Of a stretch of DNA of 64,000 bases, positions 53,301 to 61,700 are shown one piece after another. Origin of the DNA: Candidatus Danuiimicrobium aquiferis (GTDB lineage Bacteria > Omnitrophota > Omnitrophia > Omnitrophales > Danuiimicrobiaceae). Each line of letters begins with the position of its first letter. Positions within the stretch are counted from its first letter, which is position 1. Both the position numbers and the translations under genes were made by a program. The notes beneath the pieces were generated by a model. The model worked only from the letters and a program-made list of their open reading frames with translations, was not told where the DNA came from and ran no database searches. Location: NCBI GenBank assembly GCA_001804285.1, contig MHFR01000053.1:15857-79856 (forward strand), written 5' to 3'.

Positions 53301-55604
53301 CGCAATCTGAGCCGCAATATTCGACATATTCACCGCATTCACCCGATTCACGAGCGCAGTAACAGATTCTTTCGTCACGTTTCCCGTTTTCCACATTTCG
53401 GAAATGCCGTTTCCGAACACTTCCACTTTCTTCTCGGTAAGTGCTTTCAGCTTTTCAAAATAAGTCGACATCATGGAATTGAGTTCCTCTTCGATCCGGC
53501 TGCGCAAATCCAGCACGAGAAACGGATCTTCGAACGTAGGGGCGGGTTTTAAACCCGCCCCTACATTTCCATAACCCTGCCGGAGCGCCTGAACGAGCGC
53601 GTCGACATATTTCGTGTAGGACCCGGCTTCGGACACTTTTCCTTCGGCGATTGAATCCTGAATAATCCGGTCGCGCCAACGTTTGAGGCTCGGCGTCAGT
53701 TCCGATTCCTTGAGTGAGGCGGCGAGTTTTGCGGAATAATCTTTCGCCAAGGCGTCCCACAGACTTCCTTTGAAATACCGCATGTAGGACATTTTTCCGC
53801 GCATCGCGTTTAAATAAATATCTTTCGAGCCGAGCTGATTGATTTTCGGCGCGACCAGCACATACGGGACTTTTGACTCTTTGAGTTTTCCCGTGATTCC
53901 CTGCGCGTGGAAACCGCCGGTCACGATCACCGCGAAATTGGTTTTGTTTTTTTCCATCATCGCAAGCGCATTCTCGTAAAGGGCTTCGTCGCGCTTCGTG
54001 GCAAGTTCGTAGAATTTGTAATGGGGTTGGAATAATTCATCCAAATGCTCTGCCGAGGGCACAAGAGCACAAGTCATAAGAGCACAAGTAAATGATTGAC
54101 CCTTGTGCTCCTGTGCGCTTGTGCGCCGGCTCGCTTGTAATTCCTCCCAGTCTTCCTGCACCAGTTCGAGTTTCGCGAAACTTTTGAGAAGTTCGACATA
54201 ATATAAATTCCATAAGACATTTTTTTCTTCCTCCGACTTTGGCAGTGAATTCCGCAATGCTTTTTCGAGCTCGCTTAACTCGGAAAATAGTTTCGTTCCT
54301 TTAATCGATTCGAGCGTTTTCGCATGCGTCGCGGCCGGTTTCAAAATCTCCGGGATATCGATGGCCATATTTTTCTCGTGCAGAACTTCTTCTACCCGAT
54401 TAAGGAGCGCTCCGGAAGCAATCTGCCCGGTCCGGTACATCTGAATCATCTGCCCCATTTCAATTTGTTCATCGGTCGATAACAAGGGAAGCACTTTAAT
54501 ATCAAACTCTTCGATGAGTTTATTCGTCGCGATGTCATATTCGGGGCCTTGCAGTTTGGTTTCGTTGTCCCCGGCCGTGAGAACTTTCGCAAGTTCGGGG
54601 AAGACGGTAGAAAAATCCTTTTTATCTCCTCCCCCCTTGTGGGGGAGGATTAAGGTGGGGGGCATTTCCTTTTCACCCCCATCCCTACCTTCCCCCATCA
54701 AGGGGGAAGGAGCACTGCTCTGTTCCTTTCCAAGAACCGTTTGCTTACCTTTTTCCGGTGTCTGGTGACCAGTGTCTAATGTCTGTTGACTGCCGACTGC
54801 TGACCGCTGACTGCTTTCTTCCCACAACTCCACAAGGTCTTTCACGTAGCGCATCAAATCAATCACATCATTCCGGAAATCACGCTGATGCGAATAAAAA
54901 GATTCCGTTTCCGGTGAAAAATATTGTTTCGCCTTTCTTTCAAGGTCCGATTTAATGCGGCCGAGCTGGTTGATGATTTCGCCTTCGCGGCCGACGGCTT
55001 CGAGAAAAGTTTTTTTATTCTCGTCATACAAACTTTGATTTTCAATTCCGTAATAGGCGGTATCAAATTCTTCATTTAAAATAGACGCGATTTCACCGCC
55101 GGAAAGTTCGCCTTGTTTCACATATTCATCGATCACTTTCTTTTTGAGATCGGCGTTCGGGAATGATCTAAAGAATAAACTGTCTAACCGTCCCGCTCCG
55201 CCTTCGAGCAAAACAAGCGGCACGCCGTAATTTTTCTGGAATAATTGAATCAGCTGGCGAATGTTGGTTTCGGAATCGTAATTCGTATGCGCGTCCTGAA
55301 GGTAGAGAATGAGGCGTTTGGTAGGGGCGTGATTAATCACGCCCTTTTCTTGATCTTGGACGCCATAAATGGCGCCCCTACGCAAATCTCCCCCAGGCAA
55401 AAACACTTCCTGCACATATCCGAGATTTTCGGGGATGACCAGGGATTGAATAACATTCTGCGGTTCAATTTGAAAATTCAATGTTCCGACTGGAACGGAC
55501 TGGGCAAAGACAAAGTTGGAAGGTGTTGCGATTACAGTAGATAATGTAAAGGCAAGAAGCACAATAACGGATGTTGCTCTATTATAGAAGCACACTCGCC
55601 CCAT
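41304..55604 (-). CDS. Giant (~4,766 aa) multi-module putative polyprotein, paralogue of ORF1 at the N- and C-termini
   Basis: ATG at 55602-55604 with AAGGGGA RBS 6 nt upstream (the ORF track starts one codon earlier at TTG 55607). Signal peptide ending VFA-Q, shared N-terminal domain, 13 R[SA]E[AVTS]R motifs, ends ...ALAKAA. Confidence 0.93.
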   Translation of the reverse strand: MGRVCFYNRATSVIVLLAFTLSTVIATPSNFVFAQSVPVGTLNFQIEPQNVIQSLVIPENLGYVQEVFLPGGDLRRGAIYGVQDQEKGVINHAPTKRLILYLQDAHTNYDSETNIRQLIQLFQKNYGVPLVLLEGGAGRLDSLFFRSFPNADLKKKVIDEYVKQGELSGGEIASILNEEFDTAYYGIENQSLYDENKKTFLEAVGREGEIINQLGRIKSDLERKAKQYFSPETESFYSHQRDFRNDVIDLMRYVKDLVELWEESSQRSAVGSQQTLDTGHQTPEKGKQTVLGKEQSSAPSPLMGEGRDGGEKEMPPTLILPHKGGGDKKDFSTVFPELAKVLTAGDNETKLQGPEYDIATNKLIEEFDIKVLPLLSTDEQIEMGQMIQMYRTGQIASGALLNRVEEVLHEKNMAIDIPEILKPAATHAKTLESIKGTKLFSELSELEKALRNSLPKSEEEKNVLWNLYYVELLKSFAKLELVQEDWEELQASRRTSAQEHKGQSFTCALMTCALVPSAEHLDELFQPHYKFYELATKRDEALYENALAMMEKNKTNFAVIVTGGFHAQGITGKLKESKVPYVLVAPKINQLGSKDIYLNAMRGKMSYMRYFKGSLWDALAKDYSAKLAASLKESELTPSLKRWRDRIIQDSIAEGKVSEAGSYTKYVDALVQALRQGYGNVGAGLKPAPTFEDPFLVLDLRSRIEEELNSMMSTYFEKLKALTEKKVEVFGNGISEMWKTGNVTKESVTALVNRVNAVNMSNIAAQIAIIRETLQVVQKPPASEAELGRAVDKAIANFKMTQPGVLEKLAQVKAFTLADMDPEAARLYQELKKEGFSQAEILAITNGIEATVKQKLKEEESRAPKFDLGALGKPSPAVIAETANNAAAAKVRAFVDQEMAKVRPFDADLLKQGPFAADQVTDQVRALADAARSEARNKLGELKPTSNEAGDLSSQVRPGPSDAAARAEARAMIFNDIISLNDAIEKREVALTKFGLGKLPAFGLHGEMAGHQPEGDFWSFLSGANFPDYWQNQFRGVTKRAETQNLIDQGKLTLDEVFMNPQEFFERLFGTVIFTAKYGRKNLGEGVLPEIYITRNVEGKFSLTVTSAKERELSKVMVIDPDTYRTAEKRILFLQQQLDLTKTSIPEEAIADRVTVSGKEQLDAIAAWVEANKSKEVKGTEPFLTEYFFARLLYKKVLDTIIRMATEDLIIDTSNPKAAAPVSDFDMGAIRRTFTDTAGTSMIKSLPARAIPAFKIPGAEKTPTLTGPGAINEVRRATPSAPSEIAVMEKPSAGQLQPGETVPVPGPITVNWNTFQAVAIQPFQIEFPAGQELDLKKLIGNVQFAPEFKEIIPGKNLFTNGGWKNNPSLAPKVDLLGKRLGFDLGVLSKSITIEAPRIKLNARQELDIFQAFLRDMLRLFNQQKIPLEKRIIRVEDFVEWIERELMAGRMFPENVSPLFAAIVHFQGIVDGVIQQDGQRDEAGLLPIRQIGEDQKPITTDQLIDAADALEQPVLEELLSAQGQGIVEGFRGAILERAIGYWGKLVAELERRGIHRSGASNQQIESRRPLTEGGDLSLAPTAARAAEGSTLAKPSGEAKRAEAREEEFTIDSNIWLDYFLDGIVDRLGLRNKPFSILVSGPTKDANGETFTVLPGRYDFSVGYDFRNSNLDIMLLPGAKVVFLRAETRNQLIEPEQSLIKTRDLSSQVRPGSNGTAAGAKIQVPPVVAPSTPSQEVGDGPLGTAGKEVRPWLPSTIRTMIHFARLARQRWSIPRLRRALIDKFNKEDPEFRKYGQRWATNVEGQSKVDYLFLDAAETAKTPEEEKTNIDHMSNRLGLGGQVVFASAVQQEVEAKIEQFRGRNEFTISREVTEVEKTVFGFPVPGSQPYYYASARRMELPLAEDSTITRHTNHVILEVDKKSGQVVVAKYVPELKEMEELLSKRGKVAPGDVPEQARLRVEEQLPGLLVWELRMLDQIQKGLRGGKFERFTKLFPRPMGTEEGEIAREGKPPKKIVIKLSRTWLRDGGQKISQLDFAIQLMELVEALYSIGISVNDLRGDNIAVTPDGVGVVDLGSATIDPNRVGDNPILKKAADQILPFLMDLREISAVQSDFNEKVVKVNGKMTSPTIEQGDGDLGPSLDLFAWAKLVNNPLGKNPDLLVKYDPESEEAKRLLAITEEMQKEMLAPANPKQPKYNTASDVFPDILEKLRAIKADLARPGKSSEFILKDGKKPVVPSPESGQTAQLETLNPEPETQFRAETRQTVPSKRVGRMARDIYERIRETVMARPSSTMPNQVGVFFRDGGDEKSVTDLNLLVPPGNVNQAIEMKMSATDPRFGEEGRAYEVGQEGTNIIITARSEVRPTALARQARVPQGFEFKPGMAEKVFDWSSTLIAALSADLLSGKADGISITATKRSVSAVVLESFQDPGLVLQLLMSSPQAFPEEAAFKLMGDLAYLNHLARLAIQSPANPLPLAIRPTPGIATPAQNPASPSITTVTPASPTSPKGPRSEARLVAESMGMALPKAPPMVGTSDVMAAGAVARPVTFEFPTTATRGVNRRTFMKYAGYAGGLFGLVISGCSQIANSGEVAHFIVAGVPMRRDEKTSHLSYRLVFDLLGQGLKTGVKEFQVNLKDLKAEISDSVKTFAKQEKLNPDQTWELIEKTSILISGALLVADSMLKDVPAAGVSASQFARKQMQDPRTHDLFLAQSIMAAIPLEVEQTEKINELSGVARLHSELIDALEFSAWGEDEGQTVKTDLRGFIDQFFQDVAKNPDEPASIMAADYSEAFHAINLTRMTSKTKSGRWNYQLLRYTRYESWVQDPAKTPGAKFKKQDFRVAYVTPVMRIGPKMFLAYYDLSSDMVLVDNASIAELVTRTERLLKIMADFEQSGKSEEDRTEMLDRVIDVLDEDYTADRRKVDPNASSWKSQYPREKLHEIMSLVVQGYRRDFKDYFSRMEDAIRSHAEIPTLAREEIGRRVSGNTLIHEFEHFMGGQKNKVAGQALSKTTEFLRNNYMDEALSFLASLFPSLYLDARQKEATSSARFSVFALTARTVVENRFGRRIPYAEVKAPDGTSNWLPKPPASNQAIAEWGDLIYAINLIQLFNQMGMILYEKEKPGAKKEDFRKELDLTQVEGDTETSYWERMRRANWILERLLASSDEEVENLVKRVFSEWNKLAGEHVSPEPDIQRLVLTSSKNFTPDIFSPVLANAEMKTTGIADRTKRRKAEEAAMRARSPHPLSTTPIAVTPLSERFGVGGLLGRSVGRSEARQTGVGGQTRMKQPGPKGLRGIGFAMLSAVAAILPLAAGCGAGAAIAPAPVTPVAPGTPEAPETPGTPEAPAEPSAIDIYNEARAFILSQGAETIDVNGYEIKLYHNYQGDKRNYRLGDQEKVWLIDGLKLIPTHLLHLISQVLVLPTESWSNAAASVPRGISNLGELNLYTNNEPAETKAGGATARRITTGARQRDLGELAEKDGRARMAKLIASHSLLNWVVLHEAQHLWQHIDSKGDEKRKTLIQAAKTNLLNAADVYGFSYDSDIEIETMIMETSYGYGSRGSIERAVLQAKLGDSTFLDFLLFAMRSHILPGDGAIQAYGIPYGSDLLLPEKWSVQVDGDVIEIGNALRIFTTPDGWTTRVQLIKPYENGLTAIAEDLSLPMQLDTRLFVQDILANNPQRGTLTPLNPVRSTATYSTLAELSVAEPVLGEIAQKIVLNDIDSRGMTYREDLTGLTTADIQRTFDFTYGVRRYVGTDEKVRVELSMRGMRIIALKAERSFTNAYSDGMRFIFTEDTSAGLLTMESQEPSLYPFTNPPVVLPFNGDSWPIPQIVEPPVTPPVTPPVVPPAPTTVVDVFDPALFPGMSFGNNMTATRNDYGFTLIPTSAENYIGGYRKATEGWLTHIGMYKEVDITVQSAGTVSFKLELKRDTIQLIGKMGEVDGRKKDITVTSNGAPVTKVFQIVNEFVPIDDPDRITLSPDEYMNVFAISDLSEEMTVSVKLRSEARNLSLEPTAARAETRAGDEFIGFTGQDVTEPAFWADFWKDGKASSLPEKYRPDVAKLFAEFFGNYKSNPSQIRILDIGTGNFFVPKVVREVLGSNAQISAIDAAELSPDKVPSFVDFRQMNFETLQGFQDETLDVVTSLNAWEYADLKEQALREIYRVLVPGGKAMFLVHHRNSVILNDVRAHMQAMSTVMKKDALSLPQAVLARALIEKAGIYGDEEKASLAEMVRQSGFKVDRLEPVYSQGDLIGWELEMNKPAPEEETPPVRAETRAGVTVKDLRLKLGANTTNLDVIREQVRPYMRSADASIRRQLDTGQKRATKHFLITELQSILGKYFMNPGVFERIFTERILNRIGEGKPVSTAEELENVLISVFEEFNATRSESRVGMGQETRGKRQEDHMSRVSSPVSHQARAESRLSPIAQGIVYGSLGADEVFGASKAAIKDGRSAGQFTDGMRQDILSELAKAEEKGKGSVSGLVETLKGLKVVSNDNVLKTIEAEFSKMGLPVEFVKLILTSSVDNAGKTQLDRIVEFTKQYVLQQSAGLLEKAQTVELEMKAELTEAAVNVAKGVVKAIQEITEPTIIQFFIPAGYITSDDKTTDKFREDFSELAKTVANIAILNSNIRFEFISPGIQRDYRVPIEREFNRARTKGDIKTYQISLFPMNASRDANVVITDQVQTANAHAAKLAADAYVSGGKIAYQGLDRVTPVGLLLAGMGLLSKKDIDGIQQVEQNIFRGVNANAFNQFFAMTLRLVLEEAAKDALAKAA
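42813..43559 (-). other. Module in ORF2: class I SAM-dependent methyltransferase
   Basis: RILDIGTGN, ISAIDA, QDETLDVVTS, ALREIYRVLVPGGKA. Flanked exactly by RAETR motifs. Confidence 0.85.
43617..45791 (-). other. Module in ORF2: internal lipoprotein signal, HExxH peptidase-like domain and carbohydrate-binding-like domain
   Basis: ...FAMLSAVAAILPLAAGC (Cys at 45675-45677), Pro/Glu/Thr linker, VVLHEAQH (HEAQH at 45105-45119). C-terminal beta domain similar to ORF1 27315-27710. Confidence 0.6.
45950..48065 (-). other. Module in ORF2: internal Tat-lipoprotein signal plus HExxH domain
   Basis: VNRRTFMKYAGYAGGLFGLVISGC (Cys at 47865-47867); LIHEFEH (HEFEH at 46635-46649). Collinear similarity to ORF1 32152-34080 through to VSPEPD.Q.L. 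Confidence 0.65.
48950..49880 (-). other. Domain in ORF2: protein kinase-like fold
   Basis: VVVAKY, WELRML, GISVNDLRGDNI, VVDLGSA, DLFAWAK. Confidence 0.75.
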
Positions 55605-55644
55605 CAATAATCCCCTTAACTAAGCTTTTAGCATTCTTATGAAA

Positions 55645-55673
55645 AGTATATACCGATTAGGGGTAAAATGCAA
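55645..55673 (-). promoter_or_regulatory. Sigma70-type promoter of ORF2: TTGCAT-N17-TATACT
   Basis: -35 at 55668-55673, -10 at 55645-55650. Confidence 0.8.
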
Positions 55674-55697
55674 GCCCGTGTCCTTCATATTATAATT

Positions 55698-55726
55698 CGT
55701 AAGTTGTTATATTTAAATGAGATAGG
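55698..55726. promoter_or_regulatory. Second copy of the upstream palindromic site
   Basis: CGTAAGTTGTTA-tattt-AAATGAGATAGG, 24 nt upstream of the -35. Confidence 0.55.
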
Positions 55727-55764
55727 AGAAAGGCTAAGTAATTCAAGTGTAAAATTTAAGCACT

Positions 55765-58700
55765 TTATGCCGCACGCTTCATGGCTTCTTCGGCAGCCTG
55801 GGCGAGGACCCAGTTGAGAGTTTCGGCGAGGATATTGAATGTTTGAGCATTCTCAGCGTGGAAAGCTTGATCATCAAGTTTCCTCAGCCCGGCAATTTCT
55901 TGTTTCGACAGCAACACAACCGCCGCCGCAAGCAATCCGCCTAAATGAACTCCGCTTGTGCCAAACCGTAATCTCGTCTTCCCGTCGGCAAGCGTCGTTG
56001 CCAATGTAATTGCTTTTTCCGGCCGCGCCGCAACCGTATTTCCCGTGATCACAGCATCATAGTTTGCCGAAGGAACTGACGGAAATGTGAATTGTCCATT
56101 TCGGATCACGCCTTGTTTTTGAAGTTTGCCAATTTCCCGGCGGATCGTTGAATCAATTTTTAAACCTTGAGTCCCCGCTGATACAAATTCAAACTGGATA
56201 TTTGGATTCAATACGGCAAAATTACGGGCAAATTCAGCCAACCGCCGGATGTTCTCCGATAACTCTGCTCCTTCTAATCCCTTTAATTCATCTAACATGT
56301 TGATTTGAATCTTAACCGGATGATCGATGCCAATCATTGCCTTAATCATTTCCCGCGCATGCCGGACGGATTCCGTGGTCATGCGCGCTAAGTCCGCCTG
56401 CAACGCCTCAACTCCGGTACCGTTTCCGGAAGTGCCGGGTTCTGGTTTCTGGAAGTCAGAACCTGGCACTTCCGGAAACGGTACCGGCCTCAAGATACGC
56501 ATGATTTTACTCATTTGCGGTCGGAGCGCTGGCCGCACAAGCCCAACCGGAATATTTTGCCGCGCATATTCTTCTTCAATCATTTTTGTCACTGACTCTT
56601 CCGTCACATCCTGTGGTTTTAAATTCAGCAATCGGCCGGTCAAAGAAGGAACAGCCGCATTCGCCTGCTTTTCGGCTTCGTCGAGAGCCTGATTGATCCA
56701 TTCCTGGATCATCTCGTTGATATCCATCGCCATGAGTCCGCTTGTCCTTGCATCTTGAAGCTGCTTCGCCAAATTTACACTGTCAACCCTTGCCGTTTGT
56801 GTAGGCCAAACCATTTCTGCAAGATCGAAAAAGGGGACAGGCAATTGCTTGCTTTGTTGTACTATGCCTGTCCCCTTTTTGAGTTCAAGGTTGCGCGCTT
56901 CGGCCCGTCCCGCAACTGACAATGGCCTCTGCTCCTTCACGGATTTAGTAACAGGCTGCAACTGTGGCCGAGGGATATCTCTTGCTTTCCACCCAATACC
57001 GGATACGCTAATCGAAAACATTGCGCCTTTCGAAATCTCGAGCACTCTCCTGGCCATGGGTGACAATGGCTGGGAATCCAGGTCAAAGGCCATACTCATC
57101 TCATTTTCTTCACCAATTCGTTTGATTTCTTCTTTTACTTTTCCCCATAAATCCGGATTTTCAGGGCTTCCGTCCGTTTTAAAGCGGACCTCATCCATTT
57201 GCACAATAATTGTTTTTCCTCCATAGATATTGGAAATTAATCTTGAAAACGCCTGTGAATATTTTTCCGTGTCGGTATAAAAGAGAACGTATTTGACCGT
57301 CTCATCAGGCAATCCGTCCTGGTTGATTAATCTTTCCTGTCCCAATTCAGGATAATCACGGTAACCAAACGGCTCTCCATCGGGTCCCACAATAACGATA
57401 CGCCTTCCGCTGTACAAAATATTTTCCGCTCCGGACAAATTCCGGAAATCATCCAAAATTGTTTTAGCATCAATTATTTCTCCACGTACCTCTGCCCTAA
57501 AATTAGTATCATCCCCACGAAAGTGGGGATCCAGCTGGATTCCCGCTTTCGCGGGAATGACAGAAGAATTTTCAAGGTTGCGCGCTTCAGAACGTCCTGC
57601 ATTTCCTTTATCGCTTTGTGGAACAGATTTGTTTGGAGCAGTAACCTCTTCAGCAGGTAACGGATTTGCCAGGTTTTCGAAGCGATCCAACTCTCCGTTG
57701 ACACCGACAAGCGCCTTGTCTAAATCTTCCATCAGCTTTTTCCGTTTCGTAATCGCATCATGAATCAGTTTTGTTTTATTGAGAAGTTCCTCGAAAGTCG
57801 TTTGGGAAAAATCGAAATCCATCGTTTTTGCTTGATGATCTTCCAATATATTTAATTCCGCAATAGTCATTTCGATCGTTTTAAAATCTCCACGAACACG
57901 CTCATTGTGTCGCTCGACTTGTTGCTCTGCTGTAAGCTTCTTCCAACGTTTATCGATAACAGCATGTAACCGCAATGTGTTTTCCCCCGTTTCGAGATAT
58001 CGATTATTCAACGCTAATATAACACGCACTTGGTCCCATAACCGTTGTTGTTCCCGAGTCAATTTATCTTCCGTCTCTTGCCCCATCACTAATTTTCCGG
58101 TAACGGACGGTTTTCGGTACTGACTTAAAAGGAATCTTGCACCGCTGATCGGCGACAGATCGGTTAAATCCATATCCGTTTCCTTAATTTCCGTTCGATC
58201 TTTTTTGAGCTTCGGAATGACACGTTCCTCGCCCTTCGCTTTCAATCGTTTAATCAACTCTTCGTAAATAGCCGGGATTTTTTCATCCGGGAGATTGGGG
58301 GTTCCGATTCTTGCCTCTTTCTTCAGTCTTCTGATCTGAGTTGATAACTCTCTCTTTTTGGAATCTAAAAGATCAATGGCTTTGGTGAGGCCAAGACTGG
58401 GTAGGTCGCCTTCCCTTTGAATCCTGTCCCTCATATTGCTAAGAATTTTTTCAAGCTCTTCTATAATACTGATCAAATTAACATCCGCCGTTTGCAGCCA
58501 ATACCGCCCTTTCCCGTTTTGAAGGAATGCCGCAAAGAAATGAGAAAATACAACGCTCAGGCGATTTTTCTCGGGTTCGCCGATATAATCCGGAAAAAGC
58601 GGAGTCACCAATGTATCGTTGATATCAAAGCTGAACAATTCTCCAAAAACATTACTCATGATCGTATTTCGAATCGCTCCGATCTGCCGGCCGACTTTTC

Positions 58701-61700
58701 CGGCGGCCGTTGTCAAAGTCTTAAATTTCTTTTCTTCGGGCGTTAACCGTTTTCCCGGCTCCGGCGAGCGGGCTTCGGCTCTCACAACAGTATCGTTTGG
58801 TTCTTGCCGCAACTGCGAGGACACCTGCGCACCTCGATTATTCAAAACGGGGGCAGGTTTTTGTTTCGTTAACTCAGAACCTGTCCCCGTTTTTGTGGTC
58901 GCGCTCCCCCAGACGGGCTGGTCTTGAATAAATTCATTGATTTCGTCCAGGGACCAAATCGCGTCCATCAATTCCTGCATCTCTTCCTGACTCATATTTT
59001 CAAATGTGGGGATTTCCCTCACGGCAGAAAGCATCGGAAATTGTCTTCCGATTTGCTTCCTGGCGAGTTTAATTATTTCCTGAAAATTTTCTTCTTTTAC
59101 ATTTCGCGTTTCGATTTTCCCGCCGTTATAAAATTTAAACCAATATGCAATCTGCTCGGCATATCCCGAAGGGATTTCTTTTTCCGTCTTGTATTTAAGC
59201 ACGCCTCTCCCGAGCGCAAATCCAAACGCATGGTTTGCTTTCAGCGCAAGTCTTAAGTCTTTTGAGTTTTTCCTCAATTTTTTCAAATTTTTCGCGCTTT
59301 TCTGTGAAATTCTGATCAATGCAGGATTCATATTTTTATCTTTAAGCCCTCTGTCGATGACCCATTCGGCCGTAGCGGAAAATGGAAAAGTTTCAACTCC
59401 CATATAAGTGACCGCCGCGGAAGGGCCTCCCCTCCTGCGGGGAATTTGTTCATCCCTTGTAAAACCTTTTGATTCAACATAGCCGATCCTTAATAAAATC
59501 TGTTCGACTCTTATTTTATATTCATCCGGAGATTTCTGATCCGTCAGCTGAACGACCGCATGAATAATCCGTTGAGCCGTAGCGACTCTTTCGTTAAGCG
59601 GAGCATTCACGTCGATTTTCAAATCCAACGCTTCATTAAGTTCAGCCTCTGTCAGCATTTGGAATTTAGTTTGAGAAACAGGAGAAACAGGGACAGACAC
59701 CGAATTTTTCCTTTCACTTGAAAATTCGGTGTCTGTCCCTGTTTTGGCATCCGGTCTCACATCAGCCGCCGGAGTACGCCCTTGCGGCGCAGGCTGTGTT
59801 AACTTTTCATGTAAAAGTAAAAATTGCCCGGCAAGCATTGCTGCCACTCCTACCATCTGCCCAAGCACAAACGTCAGGAAAAATTGAGCTCTTCGCTGGA
59901 AAAATCTTGGGAATTTAATTTTCAGAAATCCGTAAAATACAAGTGTCGCAGAAAACGCAATTAGAAATGTTTTTTCAATATTCGCCCTCAAAATCCGGCC
60001 CATCAAATCAAACTGAACAAACTGGTTCCAGATCTCATTGGCTGTTTCGGGATAAATGGCAGTAGCACCAGAAACCGCGCTCGTCGCAAGCCCAGAATAA
60101 ATAAACGTTTTGCCGATCTTTCTCTGAAATGCCCGCATCCATCTTCCTCGCTGCTTCTGGGCTTGCAAAGATTGTTGAACGCCAAACGCAGTCAACGCTG
60201 CACCCGCTATAAACGCTAAACCCGCAAACACCCGTACCTCGGCTCTTTTTTTCGGGCTTGCCACAATCGTATTAATCGGTGTTTCTCCGATTCCAAGCGG
60301 CGCACGACCTTCAACAAAAACCGTTCCTCCATCCGTCGAAACTGCCGTTTTGACTTTATTATCACGGACCCATTCTTCAAGTTTAGCTCTTAACCTTTCC
60401 ATTGAAGGCCCCGTCGCTCCCCAAAAATCAAAACCGTAAATTTCTGTTTTTACCAAATTGCCCGCATCATCAATCCCGATCACAACCCTGCGCCCCGAAC
60501 CACCCAAGAAAAGTTTCGAAAGGTCAAGCACTTGCCCGTTTTCAACAACAATTGGACCCAATTGAACGGCATCTTCGACCTGCCCTTCTGGAATCGTTTC
60601 AAGAAAAGCACGAACTCTTTCAATAAAAATTTCTCCGGTTTTCAAGGTCCCAAATATCGCTTCCGCACGCCCCGGCTGATTAAAACTCGGATTAAGCTTT
60701 CTCAAAACTTCTCCATTTCTCTTCAAATAGCCCGTCGGAAGTTTATCCCCTTCGGTTCCAAGCCGGAAATATCCGGCAGGCGCAATCGCAAACTCGCCCG
60801 GTACTGCCGGGCCTTCATTAATATCAATCCGGTACTCTTGGGTAGAAATGGCCATATTGCTTTGGCTTTCATGAACTTTCGCAAAAATATATTGAAGCAG
60901 TCCCATTCCAAAAATAAAAACAGGGGCAAATCCGAGGAAAAACCTCGCCGCCCGACTTTGTTTAAAAAATGTCCGTACATTTTCTATATAAAAGGGGACA
61001 GCGCCCTGAAAGGGCGCTGTCCCCTTTTTTACACGCACTTCCGATCGCAAAGCACCTGTTTCCCGGCTTGCAGGAACTTGCATTTCCTGGCCTGTAATCC
61101 ACCGCTGAGCTGCGAGGTCGCCACGTTTTGCTTTAGCGATGTTTCCTTTCACTTCATTCATACCTGCACGATCGAAGGCTCTTACTCCGAACGTATTCAT
61201 TAACGGAATCGTTATCCGCTCATAAACACGGATTTCAGCAGCCACATGAGTTTCAAAGTCATACTGCCCGTCCGGTGTTATCAATTGAATCCCGTTTAAA
61301 TATTCACGATAATGTTCTCCTTCATGCGATATGACATCAATCGCGCGAATGGCTTTCCCGAAATCCGTTTGCGGGCCTTCTTGATCAACATAATGTTGAT
61401 TGAGATAAACAATGCCTGTCTCAAGGTCAATCGTCCCGGGAACCTTATCCGGTAAAACACCCGCCGGCAATATTGCGACTCCTTTGACCGCCTGATAGGC
61501 TGTTTTAACCGCCTCCGGAATATTCCGCTGTTCGGTTAAGAATATGTCCAACGTTTTTGTGAAATTTTCCCCGGCTGCCAGCGCCTGTTGATGTCCCTCA
61601 AATGTTAAATTTTGAAGCAAAGAAACGCGCGCTTGAACACCTACAAATACGTCCTTTTCATTTTGGTCAATCCGGATTTCTTGTGTCGTTGTTGGCCCCA

